Assembly: GCA_036505215.1 (NCBI GenBank)
Contig: DASXTW010000085.1
Span: 656-64,655, forward strand
Source of the DNA: Actinomycetota bacterium
GTDB taxonomy: Bacteria > Actinomycetota > UBA4738
Length of the DNA: 64,000 bases
Direction: 5' to 3'
Shown here: piece after piece, positions 39,772-50,486 of the stretch
How the letters are laid out: each line of letters starts with the position of its first letter
Position numbering within the stretch: the first letter of the stretch is position 1
Notes under the pieces: generated by a model
Seen by the model: only the letters and a program-made list of their open reading frames with translations
Told to the model about the DNA's origin: nothing
Database searches by the model: none
Program-made: the position numbers and the translations under genes

Positions 39772-40959
39772 ATGGCCCAGCTCAAAGCCAGTGAACGGGC
39801 GAGCCTCCCCGACAGCGCCTTCGCCTACGTCGACTCTCGAGGCCGGCGACGGCTGCCGATCCACGACGAGTCTCACGTGCGGAACGCGCTCGCTCGGTTC
39901 AATCAGGTCTCCTTCGAAGATGATGCGGCCCGGGAGCGCGCCCGCAAGCGGCTGCTGAACGCCGCGAAAAGGTACGGGATCGTGCCCGTGGGGTTCATCG
40001 ACGGGCAGCTCCGATCGGAGCGCAGGCACGCAGCGGCCGGCCGCCTGGTGATCGAGCTCGGTCGGATGGGCGCACCCGGCGAGCTCGAGCAGCAACTGCG
40101 AAGCGCGCTGCGGGATCCCACCCTTGCCGTTCTGCACTGGTCGGAAGCGGCCGGGTCGTACCTGGACGGCGCGGGCAAGCCGGTCCCGCTGCCTGCTGAT
40201 CAGGAGCAGCGGGTGGTGACCTATCTCGAGCGCCAGGGCCGGCCGATGACCGCGATCGTGCACGATCCGGCCGTCCTCGACGATCCGGATCTCACCGAGA
40301 CCGTGCTTGCCGCTGTGCGCTTCGTCATCGAGAAAGACCGGCTCCACGGCCAGGTCCAGGCCCGATCGACCAATGCCGCGACGCTCCCCACCGGCTTCGT
40401 CACCTTCCTGTTGACCGACATCGAGGGCTCCACGGCTCTTCTCAGGCAGCTGGGCGACCGCTACGCGGGCCTGCTGAACGACGTCCGCAGGATCGTTCGG
40501 CAGGCCGTGCTGCGGGCCGGAGGCCGCGCGGTCGATGCCCACGCCGACGAGTTCTTCGCGGTCTTCGAGCGCGTGGTCCCTGCCATCGAGGCGGCCATCT
40601 CCATCCAGCGCACGATGAGCGAGCGGACCTGGCCCGACGATCTGCAATGCCGGGTCCGTGCCGGAATCCACAGCGGCAGTCCCACCCTGACCGACACCGG
40701 GTACATCGGCCTGCCCGTCCACACGGCAGCTCGGGTCTGCTGGGCGGCCCACGGCGGCCAGATCGTCGTCTCCGGCGAGACCAAAAGAGCGGTCGAGGGA
40801 TCCGTGCCGGCCGGCGTCCGCTTCCGAAGCCTCGGCCGACATCGCTTCCCCGGGCTGACTCAGCCGGAAGCGCTCTTCCAGGTCGAGGCCGACGGACTCC
40901 TCGCCGACTTCCCGCCTCTACGGATGGGAGCCGCCTCCTCCACCGAGCCACGCCGTTAG
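39772..40959 (+). CDS. Class III adenylate/guanylate cyclase with an N-terminal domain of unknown function
   Basis: C-terminal cyclase catalytic motifs (FVTFLLTDIEGSTAL, GIHSGSPT, HTAARV). Confidence 0.8.
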   Translation: MAQLKASERASLPDSAFAYVDSRGRRRLPIHDESHVRNALARFNQVSFEDDAARERARKRLLNAAKRYGIVPVGFIDGQLRSERRHAAAGRLVIELGRMGAPGELEQQLRSALRDPTLAVLHWSEAAGSYLDGAGKPVPLPADQEQRVVTYLERQGRPMTAIVHDPAVLDDPDLTETVLAAVRFVIEKDRLHGQVQARSTNAATLPTGFVTFLLTDIEGSTALLRQLGDRYAGLLNDVRRIVRQAVLRAGGRAVDAHADEFFAVFERVVPAIEAAISIQRTMSERTWPDDLQCRVRAGIHSGSPTLTDTGYIGLPVHTAARVCWAAHGGQIVVSGETKRAVEGSVPAGVRFRSLGRHRFPGLTQPEALFQVEADGLLADFPPLRMGAASSTEPRR

Positions 40960-41017
40960 CTCGGGGGCCATTACTGGGGCTCTGGCTCAAAGATCGTGAA
41001 GCCGTGGCTCGTGGTGA

Positions 41018-41617
41018 TCAGAGGGCCTGGGCATCCCTCGTGTCAGTACTCTGTGTGTCAGGGCGCTGGTAGCGGAGGAGGACGACCCCGTTGCCGAAGG
41101 TCCGGGTCTCGGCGAGCTGGAGATCGATCTTGGTGTCTGATGCCTGGAACAGGGGCTTGCCCTGTCCAATGAGGACTGGGTGGACATAGAGCCGGTACTC
41201 GTCGATCAGGTCGTGTCGCATGAAGGCTGCGGCGATGTCGGCCCCGCCGAGCACCAGGTCCCCGCCGGGCCGTGCCTTGAGCTCCATGACCTCCTCGGGG
41301 ACGACGTCTCGGACCACGGTGGTGTTCCAGTCGGCCCGCTCCAGGGTCCTGGAGTACACGATCTTGGGCATGTCCCGCCAGATGCGGGCGAACTCGACCA
41401 TGGGGCCGGTGCTCGAGGGGTCCGTGTCGGCTGTCGGCCAGAATCCGGCCATCAGCTCATAGGTGACACGTCCGCTCAGGAACGCGCCCATCGCACTGAG
41501 CTGCTCATTGAAGTGGCGGTGCAGCTCATCATCGACCATGTGCCAATCGAGCTCACGGTCCGGTCCCTCGATGAAGCCATCAAGAGACACCGACATCATC
41601 AAGATGATCTTTCTCAT
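41018..41617 (-). CDS. Dihydrofolate reductase family protein (RibD C-terminal domain)
   Basis: 199 aa with the RibD_C pattern (MSVSLDGFIEGPD, LVLGGADIAA). Confidence 0.8.
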   Translation of the reverse strand: MRKIILMMSVSLDGFIEGPDRELDWHMVDDELHRHFNEQLSAMGAFLSGRVTYELMAGFWPTADTDPSSTGPMVEFARIWRDMPKIVYSRTLERADWNTTVVRDVVPEEVMELKARPGGDLVLGGADIAAAFMRHDLIDEYRLYVHPVLIGQGKPLFQASDTKIDLQLAETRTFGNGVVLLRYQRPDTQSTDTRDAQAL

Positions 41618-41821
41618 CGCGGTCCCTCCGAAGTCGTCCAGGTTGGGTCATTGTCCAGCATCGCCCGGCAGGCGAGGAAGCGTGCTGTCTCCATCTGTTC
41701 TTCCCGCATCTGCGTGACCTGTATGTCGACCGTCTCGAGGACTGCACGGTCACGTAGCTTCAAGAACGAGTTTTGGATCTGGCCCACTTCTGACAGGGGT
41801 GTTCGGACAATGCACGGGGTC

Positions 41822-41895
<74 letters not shown>

Positions 41896-41974
41896 TCTGG
41901 CGCCCTCATCAGACGCATCAGCATCTTAGCAACGGCCGACAGGCCACTCCCCACGACTAATATCGGCCCGATCG

Positions 41975-43666
41975 TTGGCGATGATCCAGGACACTCTGAC
42001 CCGCCTCCTCGCAGACGCCGTCTCCGCGGCCGCGCCCGACCTCGGCCTGGATCGGGCAAACGTTCCCACGCCCGAGCTTCTGAAGCCACGGGTGAAAGAA
42101 CATGGGGACTGGTCCACGAACATCGCCCTCGTGCTGGCGGCTCAGGTCGGGCGCCCGCCCAGGGCGGTGGCCGAGTCCGTGGCCGCCCGCATCCCGACCG
42201 ACGATCTCATCCTCCGGGTCGAGGTGGCGGGGCCCGGCTTCATCAATCTCTTCCTGAGCGATCGGTGGCTGCATGACCTCCTGCCCGAGATCCTGGAACG
42301 GGGTCCGACCTATGGGCGTGACCAGCCCAATGGGAAACGGGTCCAGGTGGAGTTTGTCTCGGCCAACCCCACGGGGCCGCTACATGTCGGGACCGCTCGC
42401 AACGCGGCCCTGGGGGATTCCCTGGCCAACGTGCTGGAGGCCGCCGGGTACGAGGTCGAGCGGGAGTACTACTGGAACGACACCGGCACCCAGATGGAGC
42501 TCCTGGGCGCTTCGGTAGAGGCGCGGTATCTGGAGCTCTTCGGCGTCGAGGCCGAGGTGCCGGAGGGCGGCTATCAAGGCGGGTATCTCCGCGACCTGGC
42601 CGAGCAGATCAAGCGGGATCTCGGTGACCGCTTGCTCGAGGAGGACCCTGTGAAGCGCCGCCAGATCCTCACGGAGGAGGCGCGCCGGCGCATGTGGGAC
42701 GCCATCATGCAGACCCTGGAGCGTTTCGGGGTTCGGTTCGACACGTTCAAGACCGAGGCCGAGCTGGTCGAGAGCGGCGAGGTGGCTGAGGCGGTCGAGC
42801 GTCTCCGGCGGGCCGGGTATGCGTACGACGCCGAGGGAGCCGTCTGGTTCCGGTCCACCGACTTCGGCGACGACAAGGACCGCGTGCTCATCCGTCGAAG
42901 CGGCGAGCCCACGTACTTCGCCAAGGACTGCGCCTATCTGCTGGACAAGGCGGGCCGGGGATTCGACCGCATGGTCTACGTGTGGGGAGCCGATCATCAC
43001 GGCGACGTGAAGCGTGTCCTGGGGGCTGCCCAGGTCCTCGGGATCGATCCCTCCCGAGTGCAGATCGTCCTCTACCAGCTCGTCTCTCTGTACCGCGGAG
43101 GCGAGCCGGTGCGCATGAGCAAGCGAACCGGAGACATCATCTGGCTCGACGAGCTCCTCGACGAGGTCGGACCGGACGCCGCCCGGTACACCCTCCTGAC
43201 ACGGTCGCACGACTCCGCCCTGGACTTCGACATCGAGCTGGTCAAGCGGCAGTCGATGGACAACCCCGTGTATTACGTGCAGTACGCACACGCCCGGGTG
43301 GCCAGCCTGCTCCGGGTCGCCTCCGAGCAGGGCGTGGCCCTCCGGCCCTGGAAAGATGTGAACTTCGCCCTGCTCGAGCACCAGTCCGAACTGGACCTCC
43401 TGAGAAAGCTGGGCGAGCTGCCAGAGGTCGTGGCGACGGCTGCCGAGGCGTTGGTTCCTCACCGCCTTACCCGGTATGCGGAGGAGGCCGCTGCGACCTT
43501 CCACCACTTCTACTCGGAGTGCCGCGTGATCACGGACGACGAGCGGCTCACGCAGGCTCGGCTGTGGCTCTCGACCGCCACAAAGCACGTCATCGCTGCC
43601 ACCCTTGGCCTGATCGGCGTGAGCGCCCCTGAGTCGATGGAACGGATCGGTGGAGACGCTCCCTGA
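41975..43666 (+). CDS. argS: Arginine--tRNA ligase
   Basis: 563 aa with HIGH-like motif (SANPTGPLHVGTARNA) and the KMSK-equivalent region. Confidence 0.95.
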   Translation: MAMIQDTLTRLLADAVSAAAPDLGLDRANVPTPELLKPRVKEHGDWSTNIALVLAAQVGRPPRAVAESVAARIPTDDLILRVEVAGPGFINLFLSDRWLHDLLPEILERGPTYGRDQPNGKRVQVEFVSANPTGPLHVGTARNAALGDSLANVLEAAGYEVEREYYWNDTGTQMELLGASVEARYLELFGVEAEVPEGGYQGGYLRDLAEQIKRDLGDRLLEEDPVKRRQILTEEARRRMWDAIMQTLERFGVRFDTFKTEAELVESGEVAEAVERLRRAGYAYDAEGAVWFRSTDFGDDKDRVLIRRSGEPTYFAKDCAYLLDKAGRGFDRMVYVWGADHHGDVKRVLGAAQVLGIDPSRVQIVLYQLVSLYRGGEPVRMSKRTGDIIWLDELLDEVGPDAARYTLLTRSHDSALDFDIELVKRQSMDNPVYYVQYAHARVASLLRVASEQGVALRPWKDVNFALLEHQSELDLLRKLGELPEVVATAAEALVPHRLTRYAEEAAATFHHFYSECRVITDDERLTQARLWLSTATKHVIAATLGLIGVSAPESMERIGGDAP

Positions 43667-44219
43667 CAGCGGCGTGCCCACTGCCTCGGGCGGCCGAGCG
43701 GATTTCGTCGTCCGCGCCGCCCGGCCGAAGGACGCTCGCTCGTTCCTGGAGATGTGGAGCACCGTGGTGGCGGAGAAGCAGTTCGTGCGGAGTGAGACCG
43801 TGGGCCGCTCGGTGGGGTACTACCGTCGGCACTACTTTCGCCGGTCCTGGACGGACGAGCAGGCTTCGTTGGTTGCTGTGCACGGCGATCGGGTGATCGG
43901 CCATCTCAATGTCTCCCGCGAGGAAGGGCCGATGACCCGGCACGTAGCCTCGCTCGGGATGGCGGTGGCCCCCGAGTGGCGGGGGAGAGGCGTGGGGTCC
44001 GCCCTGATGGGTGAGGTCATCCGCTGGGCGAAGGAGATGGGCGTGGAGAAGCTGGCCCTGTCCGTGTACCCGCACAACGAGGCGGCCCTGGCCCTGTACC
44101 GAAAGTTCGGGTTCAAGGAGGAGGGAAGGCTGACCGGGCATTCGAAAAAGTCGATCGGGTACCTGGACGAGGTCGTCATGGGGCTCTGGGTGAACGCCCC
44201 TCCGGGTGGGTCCTCCTGA
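43650..44219 (+). CDS. GNAT family N-acetyltransferase
   Basis: GNAT motif ([21 protein letters not shown]). Overlaps the argS end, so the true start may be slightly downstream. Confidence 0.8.
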   Translation: METLPDSGVPTASGGRADFVVRAARPKDARSFLEMWSTVVAEKQFVRSETVGRSVGYYRRHYFRRSWTDEQASLVAVHGDRVIGHLNVSREEGPMTRHVASLGMAVAPEWRGRGVGSALMGEVIRWAKEMGVEKLALSVYPHNEAALALYRKFGFKEEGRLTGHSKKSIGYLDEVVMGLWVNAPPGGSS

Positions 44220-45271
44220 TGGCTCATCAGTGGCGGGGGGTGATCGAGGAATACCGCGAGTACTTACCGGTCTCCGATGCCACCCCGATCGTCACCTTGC
44301 GGGAAGGCGGCACTCCTCTGGTTCGTTCCGAACCGCTCTCTGAAGCCACGGACTGCGACGTCTACCTCAAGTTCGAGGGCGCGAACCCGACGGGGTCGTT
44401 CAAGGATCGGGGGATGACCCTGGCCATCTCGAAGGCGGTGGAGGAGGGAGCTCGGGCCGTCGTATGCGCTTCCACCGGCAACACCAGCGCCTCGGCGTCG
44501 GCGTACGCCGCCCGGGCCGGGCTGACCTGTGCGGTGCTCGTGCCGGCGGGCAAGATCGCATCCGGCAAGATGGCCCAGACCCTCGCCCACGGGGGGAGGG
44601 TCCTGGAGATCGAAGGCAACTTCGACGTAGCTCTGGACGTCGCCCGGGCCCTGGCCGAGCGGTATCCCGTGGCTCTGGTCAACTCGGTGAACCCGTTCCG
44701 TTTGCAGGGCCAGAAGACGGCAGCCTTCGAGATCTGCGATGCGCTGGACCGGGCTCCTGACTACCACCTCACCCCGGTCGGGAACGCCGGCAACATCACC
44801 AGCCACTGGATGGGCTACACGGAGTATCGGTCCGAGGGGGTCACGTCGAGCCTGCCGGTCCTATTCGGCTTCCAGGCCGCGGGAGCCGCCCCCATCGTGC
44901 GGGGCCAGCCTGTGGCCGAGCCGTCCACGATTGCCACGGCCATCCGCATCGGCAACCCCGCCTCCTGGGAGCTCGCGGTCAAAGCCGCGGCCGAATCGGA
45001 TGGAGAGATCCTGGCCGTTACCGATCGGGAGATCCTGGCCGCATACCGTCGAGTGGCCCGCGAGGGACTGTTCGCGGAACTCGCTTCCTCGGCCTCCGTG
45101 GCCGGCCTCCTGAAGCTCTCGGAGGAAGACAGGGTTGACCGTGGATCGACCGTTGTGTGCATCCTCACCGGCCACGGTCTGAAGGAGCCGGACTGGGCCA
45201 TCGCCGGCGCCGGTCCGCGTCCGCTCCTTCCCCCTGATCCGGAGCCCGTGGCCGCCGAACTCGGCCTGTGA
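44219..45271 (+). CDS. thrC: Threonine synthase
   Basis: PLP lysine motif ([10 protein letters not shown]) and the GNTSAS motif. TGATG overlap with the upstream gene. Confidence 0.9.
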   Translation: MAHQWRGVIEEYREYLPVSDATPIVTLREGGTPLVRSEPLSEATDCDVYLKFEGANPTGSFKDRGMTLAISKAVEEGARAVVCASTGNTSASASAYAARAGLTCAVLVPAGKIASGKMAQTLAHGGRVLEIEGNFDVALDVARALAERYPVALVNSVNPFRLQGQKTAAFEICDALDRAPDYHLTPVGNAGNITSHWMGYTEYRSEGVTSSLPVLFGFQAAGAAPIVRGQPVAEPSTIATAIRIGNPASWELAVKAAAESDGEILAVTDREILAAYRRVAREGLFAELASSASVAGLLKLSEEDRVDRGSTVVCILTGHGLKEPDWAIAGAGPRPLLPPDPEPVAAELGL

Positions 45272-45374
45272 TACCGCGGCGGTCCAGGGGGGCAGCAGCC
45301 CCGCGCAACGGATCAGGCTGCTGCAGTCCCCCTGGTCCTTGGGCCCTGCCGAAGGCAGGGGACAAGGAGGAAGA

Positions 45375-46244
45375 ATGAGGATCGCGGCCCGCGCCCCAGC
45401 GACCGTGGCCAACCTGGGGTCCGGCTTCGATTGCCTGGCCCTCGGGCTGGATCTGTCGAGCGAGTTCGTGATCGACACCGAAGGCGAGCCGGGGGTCTTC
45501 GTCGAAGGCGAGGACGCCGCCGATCTCCCCTCCGACGCCACGAACCTGGTATTCCGCACAATCTCGTTCCTGGCCAGGGAGGCCGGCGGTGCCATGGCCC
45601 CGTTCCGGCTGGAGTGCACCAATCGAATTCCGCTGCAGCGCGGGCTGGGCTCCTCGGCCGCCGCCGTGGTGGGCGGGCTTCTGCTGGCCGACCGGCTCCT
45701 CGGGACGAACCTCTCCGCCGATGTTCTCCTTGGTCTGGCCGTCGATCTGGAGGGACATCCGGACAACGTTGCGGCATGCCTTCGGGGCGGCGTGGCTCTG
45801 GCTTACCTCTCGGCGGATGGGTGGAAGGCCGAGACGGTGCGTCCGCATCCGTCACTGCGGCCTGCCGTCCTGGTCCCCCTCTCCGAGCGACTCCCCACCG
45901 AAGACGCCCGGCGAGCGCTCCCTCGCACCGTGCCGCTCGCCGACGCCACGTTCAATCTGTCCCGGAGCGTCCTGGTGGTGCTGGCCCTCACCGAGCGGCC
46001 CCATTTATTGTCCGAAGCCCTTCAGGACCGGCTGCACCAAACCTATCGTCTGCCTCTGATACCGGCGACCCGGGCACTCTTCCAGGACCTGAAGGACGAG
46101 GGGTTTCCGGTCTGCGTGGCGGGTTCGGGCCCGGCTCTCCTCGTGTTCGAGGCAGAAGGGCGACGGGTGCGGGACCTCGGCCCGGGGTGGCGGATCCTGC
46201 GTCCCGGTATCGATCCATCCGGTGCCCGGGTCATACAGGGGTAA
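45375..46244 (+). CDS. thrB: Homoserine kinase
   Basis: GHMP kinase motif (PLQRGLGSSAAAVVGGL). The internal Met MRIAARAP was chosen as the start. Confidence 0.85.
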   Translation: MRIAARAPATVANLGSGFDCLALGLDLSSEFVIDTEGEPGVFVEGEDAADLPSDATNLVFRTISFLAREAGGAMAPFRLECTNRIPLQRGLGSSAAAVVGGLLLADRLLGTNLSADVLLGLAVDLEGHPDNVAACLRGGVALAYLSADGWKAETVRPHPSLRPAVLVPLSERLPTEDARRALPRTVPLADATFNLSRSVLVVLALTERPHLLSEALQDRLHQTYRLPLIPATRALFQDLKDEGFPVCVAGSGPALLVFEAEGRRVRDLGPGWRILRPGIDPSGARVIQG

Positions 46245-46405
46245 GTTCAACGGTCTCCGGTCAACGGGGTGCCGGGGACTGCCGAAGCCTGTGAGTGACC
46301 AATGTCATTGTTCGGCGCGGAGGCGGAAACTAGACTGGCAAAGAGGCACTTCCTCTTCCTCTTGTTGCCCGCCACCCCCGGGTCTGGGCAGGGACGAGGC
46401 TGAGC

Positions 46406-48610
46406 ATGGAGCTGCGACGAACCGACCTTCCCTCCACTGAGTCGCCCGCCGAGCGGCAGGCGCCGGTAGAGGGGATCCCTCCTCTTCTTGCGGACTTCGC
46501 CGGCAAGGTCCTGGCGATCAAAGAAGGGGAAACGTTCCTCTACTCCGACGTCGCCGGCAACCTGGACGATCGCCGCGAGTACGGGCACGGGTTCTACCAC
46601 CGGGACACCCGCTTCCTGTCTCATTTCCGCATGAAGGTCTCCGGCCGGGATCCGATCCTGCTGTCTTCCTCTTCGGAACGCGCGTACATGTCCTACGTGG
46701 ACTTGACCAACCCCGAGCTGTTCATCGATGGCGATCCGGCGGTCCCACAGCAGACACTGAACATCCGGCGAGTCCGAGCCATCTACGGCCGCCTTTTCGA
46801 GCGCATCCGAATCAAGAACTACAACCCACACGCGGTCGAGACGTCGATGACGTTCTCGCTCGCCGCCGACTTCGCGGACATCTTCCAGGTGAGGGGCTTC
46901 CGCACCGATGGCGGGGGACACCTCGAGCCGCCTCGGGTGGCTGGCTCGAGCGCGGAGTTCAGCCACCAGGGGATCGACGACGTCACCCGGAAGACCGTGA
47001 TCGCGTTCACTCCGGAGCCGGACAGGCTGGAGGTGGTGGGAGACCAGATCGTGGCGGAGTTCACACTCAGGCTGGCCCCCCACCAGACCAGGCTGATCTC
47101 CATGACCGTGGACCCGGTGATCGGTGAGGTCAGGCCACTGAGCGTCGAATTCGACTCGGCTGTGCATCAACTTCGCCGCTCCTATGAGGACTGGGAGCGG
47201 GAGTGCACACAGATCACCACCGACAACGAGGTGTTCAACAGCCTCCTTGTCCGCGGCTTGAGGGACCTCCGGGCTCTGTACACGAGTACGGACCAGGGCG
47301 GGATCATCGCGGCGGGCATCCCGTGGTATGTGGCGGTGTTCGGCCGGGACGCCTTGATCAGCTCGCATCAGCTACTGACCGTGAATCCCAAGCCTGCCCG
47401 GGATGCCTTGCGGCTGTTGGCCAGGCACCAGGGGAAGAAAGTCGATCCATGGCGCGACGAAGAACCGGGGAAGATTCTGCACGAGATCAGGCGGGGGGAG
47501 CTTGCCGGCGCGGGGGCCATCCCGCATAACCCCTATTACGGCTCGGTCGACGCCACGCCCCTGTTCGTCTTCCTCTATGCACAGTGTTTCCGGTGGACCG
47601 GGGACGTCGAGTTCGCTCGGGAGTTGCTGCCCAACGTCCGGGCCGCTCTGGAGTGGATCGACGACTACGGCGACCAGGACGGCGACGGATTCGTCGAGTA
47701 CAGGACCCAGTCACCTCGGGGAGTGCCCAACCAGGGCTGGAAGGACTCCTTCGACTCGGTGGTCCACGCCGATGGACGGTTGGCCCCCGCGCCCATCGCG
47801 CTGGTCGAGGTCCAGGGATACGTGTACATGGCCAAGCAGCGGGTGGCCGACGTGTTCGACGCCCTGGGGGACTATCGATCGGCGGTTCGGTTGCGGGAGG
47901 AGGCGGCCGAGCTGAAGCTCCGGTTCAACGACGCCTTCTGGATGGAGGACGAGCAGTTCTTCGCCATGGCCCTGGATGCAGAGAAACGGCAGGTTCGCAC
48001 GGTCGTTTCGAACCCGGGGCACTGCCTGTATGCGGACATCGTCGCCCCCGACAAGGCCGCCCAGGTGGCCCGCAGGCTGTTGCAGCCCGACATGTTCAGC
48101 GGATGGGGCATCCGCACTATGAGCAAGGGCGCGCTCGCCTACAACCCGATGAGTTACCACAACGGCTCCGTGTGGCCGCACGACAACGCCTTCATCGCCG
48201 CTGGGTTGAAGCGCTATGGCAACGTCAAGGCCACCAATCGGGTGGCCACGGCCATGTTCGACGCCTCCATCCACGCCGATTACATGCGCCTTCCCGAGCT
48301 CTTCTGTGGGTTTACCCGGCGAACCCCAAACCAGCCCGTGGGCTATCCCGTGGCCTGCTCGCCCCAGGCGTGGGCTGCGGGAGCGCCGCTGCTGATGCTT
48401 CAGGCGATCCTGGGAGTGTCTGCCAAGGCCCACGAGAACATGCTGACGGTCAACCAGCCCCACCTGCCGGTCTGGCTCAACGTTGTGGAACTGCGCAACC
48501 TGCGGGTCGGGAGCAGCACCATCTCATTGGTTTTTCGCCGGGAGGGCGAGATCACCGGCTTCTCTCTCCTCGATCGCAAGGGGGACGTCCGGGTCCTCAT
48601 GGAGGAGTGA
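46406..48610 (+). CDS. Amylo-alpha-1,6-glucosidase / glycogen debranching enzyme N-terminal domain family protein (archaeal-type GDE)
   Basis: 734 aa. N-terminal GDE_N-like region (FLYSDVAGN ... GFYHRDTRFLS) and C-terminal (alpha/alpha)6 glucosidase region (GIPWYVAVFGRD, SVWPHDNA). Confidence 0.8.
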   Translation: MELRRTDLPSTESPAERQAPVEGIPPLLADFAGKVLAIKEGETFLYSDVAGNLDDRREYGHGFYHRDTRFLSHFRMKVSGRDPILLSSSSERAYMSYVDLTNPELFIDGDPAVPQQTLNIRRVRAIYGRLFERIRIKNYNPHAVETSMTFSLAADFADIFQVRGFRTDGGGHLEPPRVAGSSAEFSHQGIDDVTRKTVIAFTPEPDRLEVVGDQIVAEFTLRLAPHQTRLISMTVDPVIGEVRPLSVEFDSAVHQLRRSYEDWERECTQITTDNEVFNSLLVRGLRDLRALYTSTDQGGIIAAGIPWYVAVFGRDALISSHQLLTVNPKPARDALRLLARHQGKKVDPWRDEEPGKILHEIRRGELAGAGAIPHNPYYGSVDATPLFVFLYAQCFRWTGDVEFARELLPNVRAALEWIDDYGDQDGDGFVEYRTQSPRGVPNQGWKDSFDSVVHADGRLAPAPIALVEVQGYVYMAKQRVADVFDALGDYRSAVRLREEAAELKLRFNDAFWMEDEQFFAMALDAEKRQVRTVVSNPGHCLYADIVAPDKAAQVARRLLQPDMFSGWGIRTMSKGALAYNPMSYHNGSVWPHDNAFIAAGLKRYGNVKATNRVATAMFDASIHADYMRLPELFCGFTRRTPNQPVGYPVACSPQAWAAGAPLLMLQAILGVSAKAHENMLTVNQPHLPVWLNVVELRNLRVGSSTISLVFRREGEITGFSLLDRKGDVRVLMEE

Positions 48611-48704
48611 GCTTAGGAAATTGGGCCTTTCGGTAGCCGAAATAAGGCCGAAAGTCCCTAATCCCCCGGCCTCCGAATGTCGATATGCGCTTCAAAGGAG
48701 GCCT

Positions 48705-50486
48705 ATGCGAGAGCATGCGCGCATCCTCCGGGCCATTCTGGGGATGCGGAGAGAAAACGGGTTCACGGTGCTCGAAACCGTCGTGGCGCTGGGGGTCATC
48801 CTCGCCGCAATGCTGACTCTCGCGTACACGGCGAACGTCGGCTTCTCCGACGCCGCCTACGCGCGTCAGCGCCAAACGGCCTCCGGGCTCGCCAACGAGA
48901 CGCTCGAACAGATCCGAGCCCTTCCCTTCGACACCTTGAAGCAGGGGTTGAGCAACTTCGACAGCCTCGGCAGTGACCCCAACATCCAAGTGGTTGGGCC
49001 CGACTATTTCTTCACGGGGGTCACCCCGAACGAGAAGATCGCCCGCGGGGACATCCCGCTCGCCCCACCCGTGGTGCCGCTGGTTCCCCACATCCAGAAC
49101 ACGAACGTGGGGACCGCCGCGACGTACAAGATCAGCTCGTACGTGACCTATTTCAACAACGTGCAAACCGCGAATACCTATAGGGTCTCGGTGATCGTCA
49201 CCTGGACGAACACTGCCCGGAAGGGCATCGCCAAGGTACAGGCGCAGAGCATCTTCTTCTCCGGCTCCGGGTGCCTGTCCACCTCCACGCACCCATTCGC
49301 CGCTCCGTGCCAACCCTTCCTCTTCGCCAATGCCTCGGGCGACGAAGGGGACATCTCGTTCACGGGGAACGTGGACGACCTCGCCATCGATGGGGCCCAC
49401 CTGCGGCTCGGAGGCGTGACCTCGAACATGCAGATCGAGCAGATCTCCGCCGTCCAGGGCACGACGGAGACGTCCGGGGTGAGCCTCGCCGTCAACGGGC
49501 AGGCCGAGACTGACACCGGTAATCAGGGCGTCACCTCGGGGGCCGACAACGACCCGGCCCCTCCCAACTCGGAGTTCAGCTCGACGTCAACGCCCGCGCA
49601 GGGAAGCAACACCCTGACAGGGACCGCCGGCGGCGGGAGCTTCTTCTCTGTGACCTCGAGCGCCGGCGACACGGGAACCACGACCAGCACGAGTTCGGCC
49701 TCGGTCAGTCCGCCGAACCCCTGCAGTGACTCGGTGGGGACGCCCCAAACGGACTCTCTGCCGTGCGGCGCGTCCAAGGCGAAGCAGGGGGGCACCGAAT
49801 CCGCCTTTGCTTTTCTCCGGCGTTCGGGCCGGGACCTCGGCACGACCTCGTTCGCCTCGGTAGACGCCTCTCCAGAGGATCTGTACGCCTTCACCAACCG
49901 AGCCGGCGCTCCCGAGTTCTCCTACTGCCCGGCCACGTCCGGTGAAGGTTGCGTCCACGCCGACGTCACCAGGACGTGGGGCGCCGTCTCGTTAGGAGGT
50001 CTTCCGGACATCTTCGCCGGCGCCTCGTTGCCGCCGGGATGGACCGGATATCTGCTGACGGGGTCGAACCTGAAGACGACCGCCTCCGCGGAGGCCGGCG
50101 TGGGCTCGGCGGCTCCGAGCGTCAAAGTCCAGGGCACCGTTTCGTACTACAACGGGCTGGGTTACACGCCACTCCCGCTGGTGGTCGGAGCGCCCGTGCC
50201 GATCCCCATTCCGCCAGTGCACGCCGAGCAGCTCGTGGGCGGCAAGCTCTTCGCGGTCGACGTCACCGCCAGCTTGACGACCGGGGGAACGCAGATCCTC
50301 GATCCGGCCGGATGCGCGCCGCCCTGCGTCCACAACGATGCGTCCGCCGTCGCCGAATCGCCCATCGTTGGCCAGATCACCTACGTGTTCTCGTACGAAG
50401 GGTCGACCTTCGTCAGCCTGACCATGAAGGTGAACCTCGGCGTGGTCCGCGCCAAGGGTACCTACAAGCCCGCCCCCAGTGGATAA
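48705..50486 (+). CDS. Large type IV pilin-like protein (593 aa) with a prepilin-type N-terminal cleavage/methylation signal
   Basis: Class III signal (RRENG|FTVLETVVALGVILAAMLTL) with Gly at -1 and Glu at +5. Ser/Thr/Gly-rich C-terminal domain. Strong RBS (AAAGGAGG) upstream of the ATG at 48705; an alternative ATG lies at 48741. Confidence 0.65.
   Translation: MREHARILRAILGMRRENGFTVLETVVALGVILAAMLTLAYTANVGFSDAAYARQRQTASGLANETLEQIRALPFDTLKQGLSNFDSLGSDPNIQVVGPDYFFTGVTPNEKIARGDIPLAPPVVPLVPHIQNTNVGTAATYKISSYVTYFNNVQTANTYRVSVIVTWTNTARKGIAKVQAQSIFFSGSGCLSTSTHPFAAPCQPFLFANASGDEGDISFTGNVDDLAIDGAHLRLGGVTSNMQIEQISAVQGTTETSGVSLAVNGQAETDTGNQGVTSGADNDPAPPNSEFSSTSTPAQGSNTLTGTAGGGSFFSVTSSAGDTGTTTSTSSASVSPPNPCSDSVGTPQTDSLPCGASKAKQGGTESAFAFLRRSGRDLGTTSFASVDASPEDLYAFTNRAGAPEFSYCPATSGEGCVHADVTRTWGAVSLGGLPDIFAGASLPPGWTGYLLTGSNLKTTASAEAGVGSAAPSVKVQGTVSYYNGLGYTPLPLVVGAPVPIPIPPVHAEQLVGGKLFAVDVTASLTTGGTQILDPAGCAPPCVHNDASAVAESPIVGQITYVFSYEGSTFVSLTMKVNLGVVRAKGTYKPAPSG

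Noticed and set aside
48611-48704. AT-richer spacer with an imperfect hairpin (GGCCTTTCGG...CCGAAAG) between the debranching enzyme and the pilin cluster
   Set aside because: It is probably just a terminator/promoter spacer. The stem is short and imperfect, so it is mentioned in the pilin finding rather than called as a feature.
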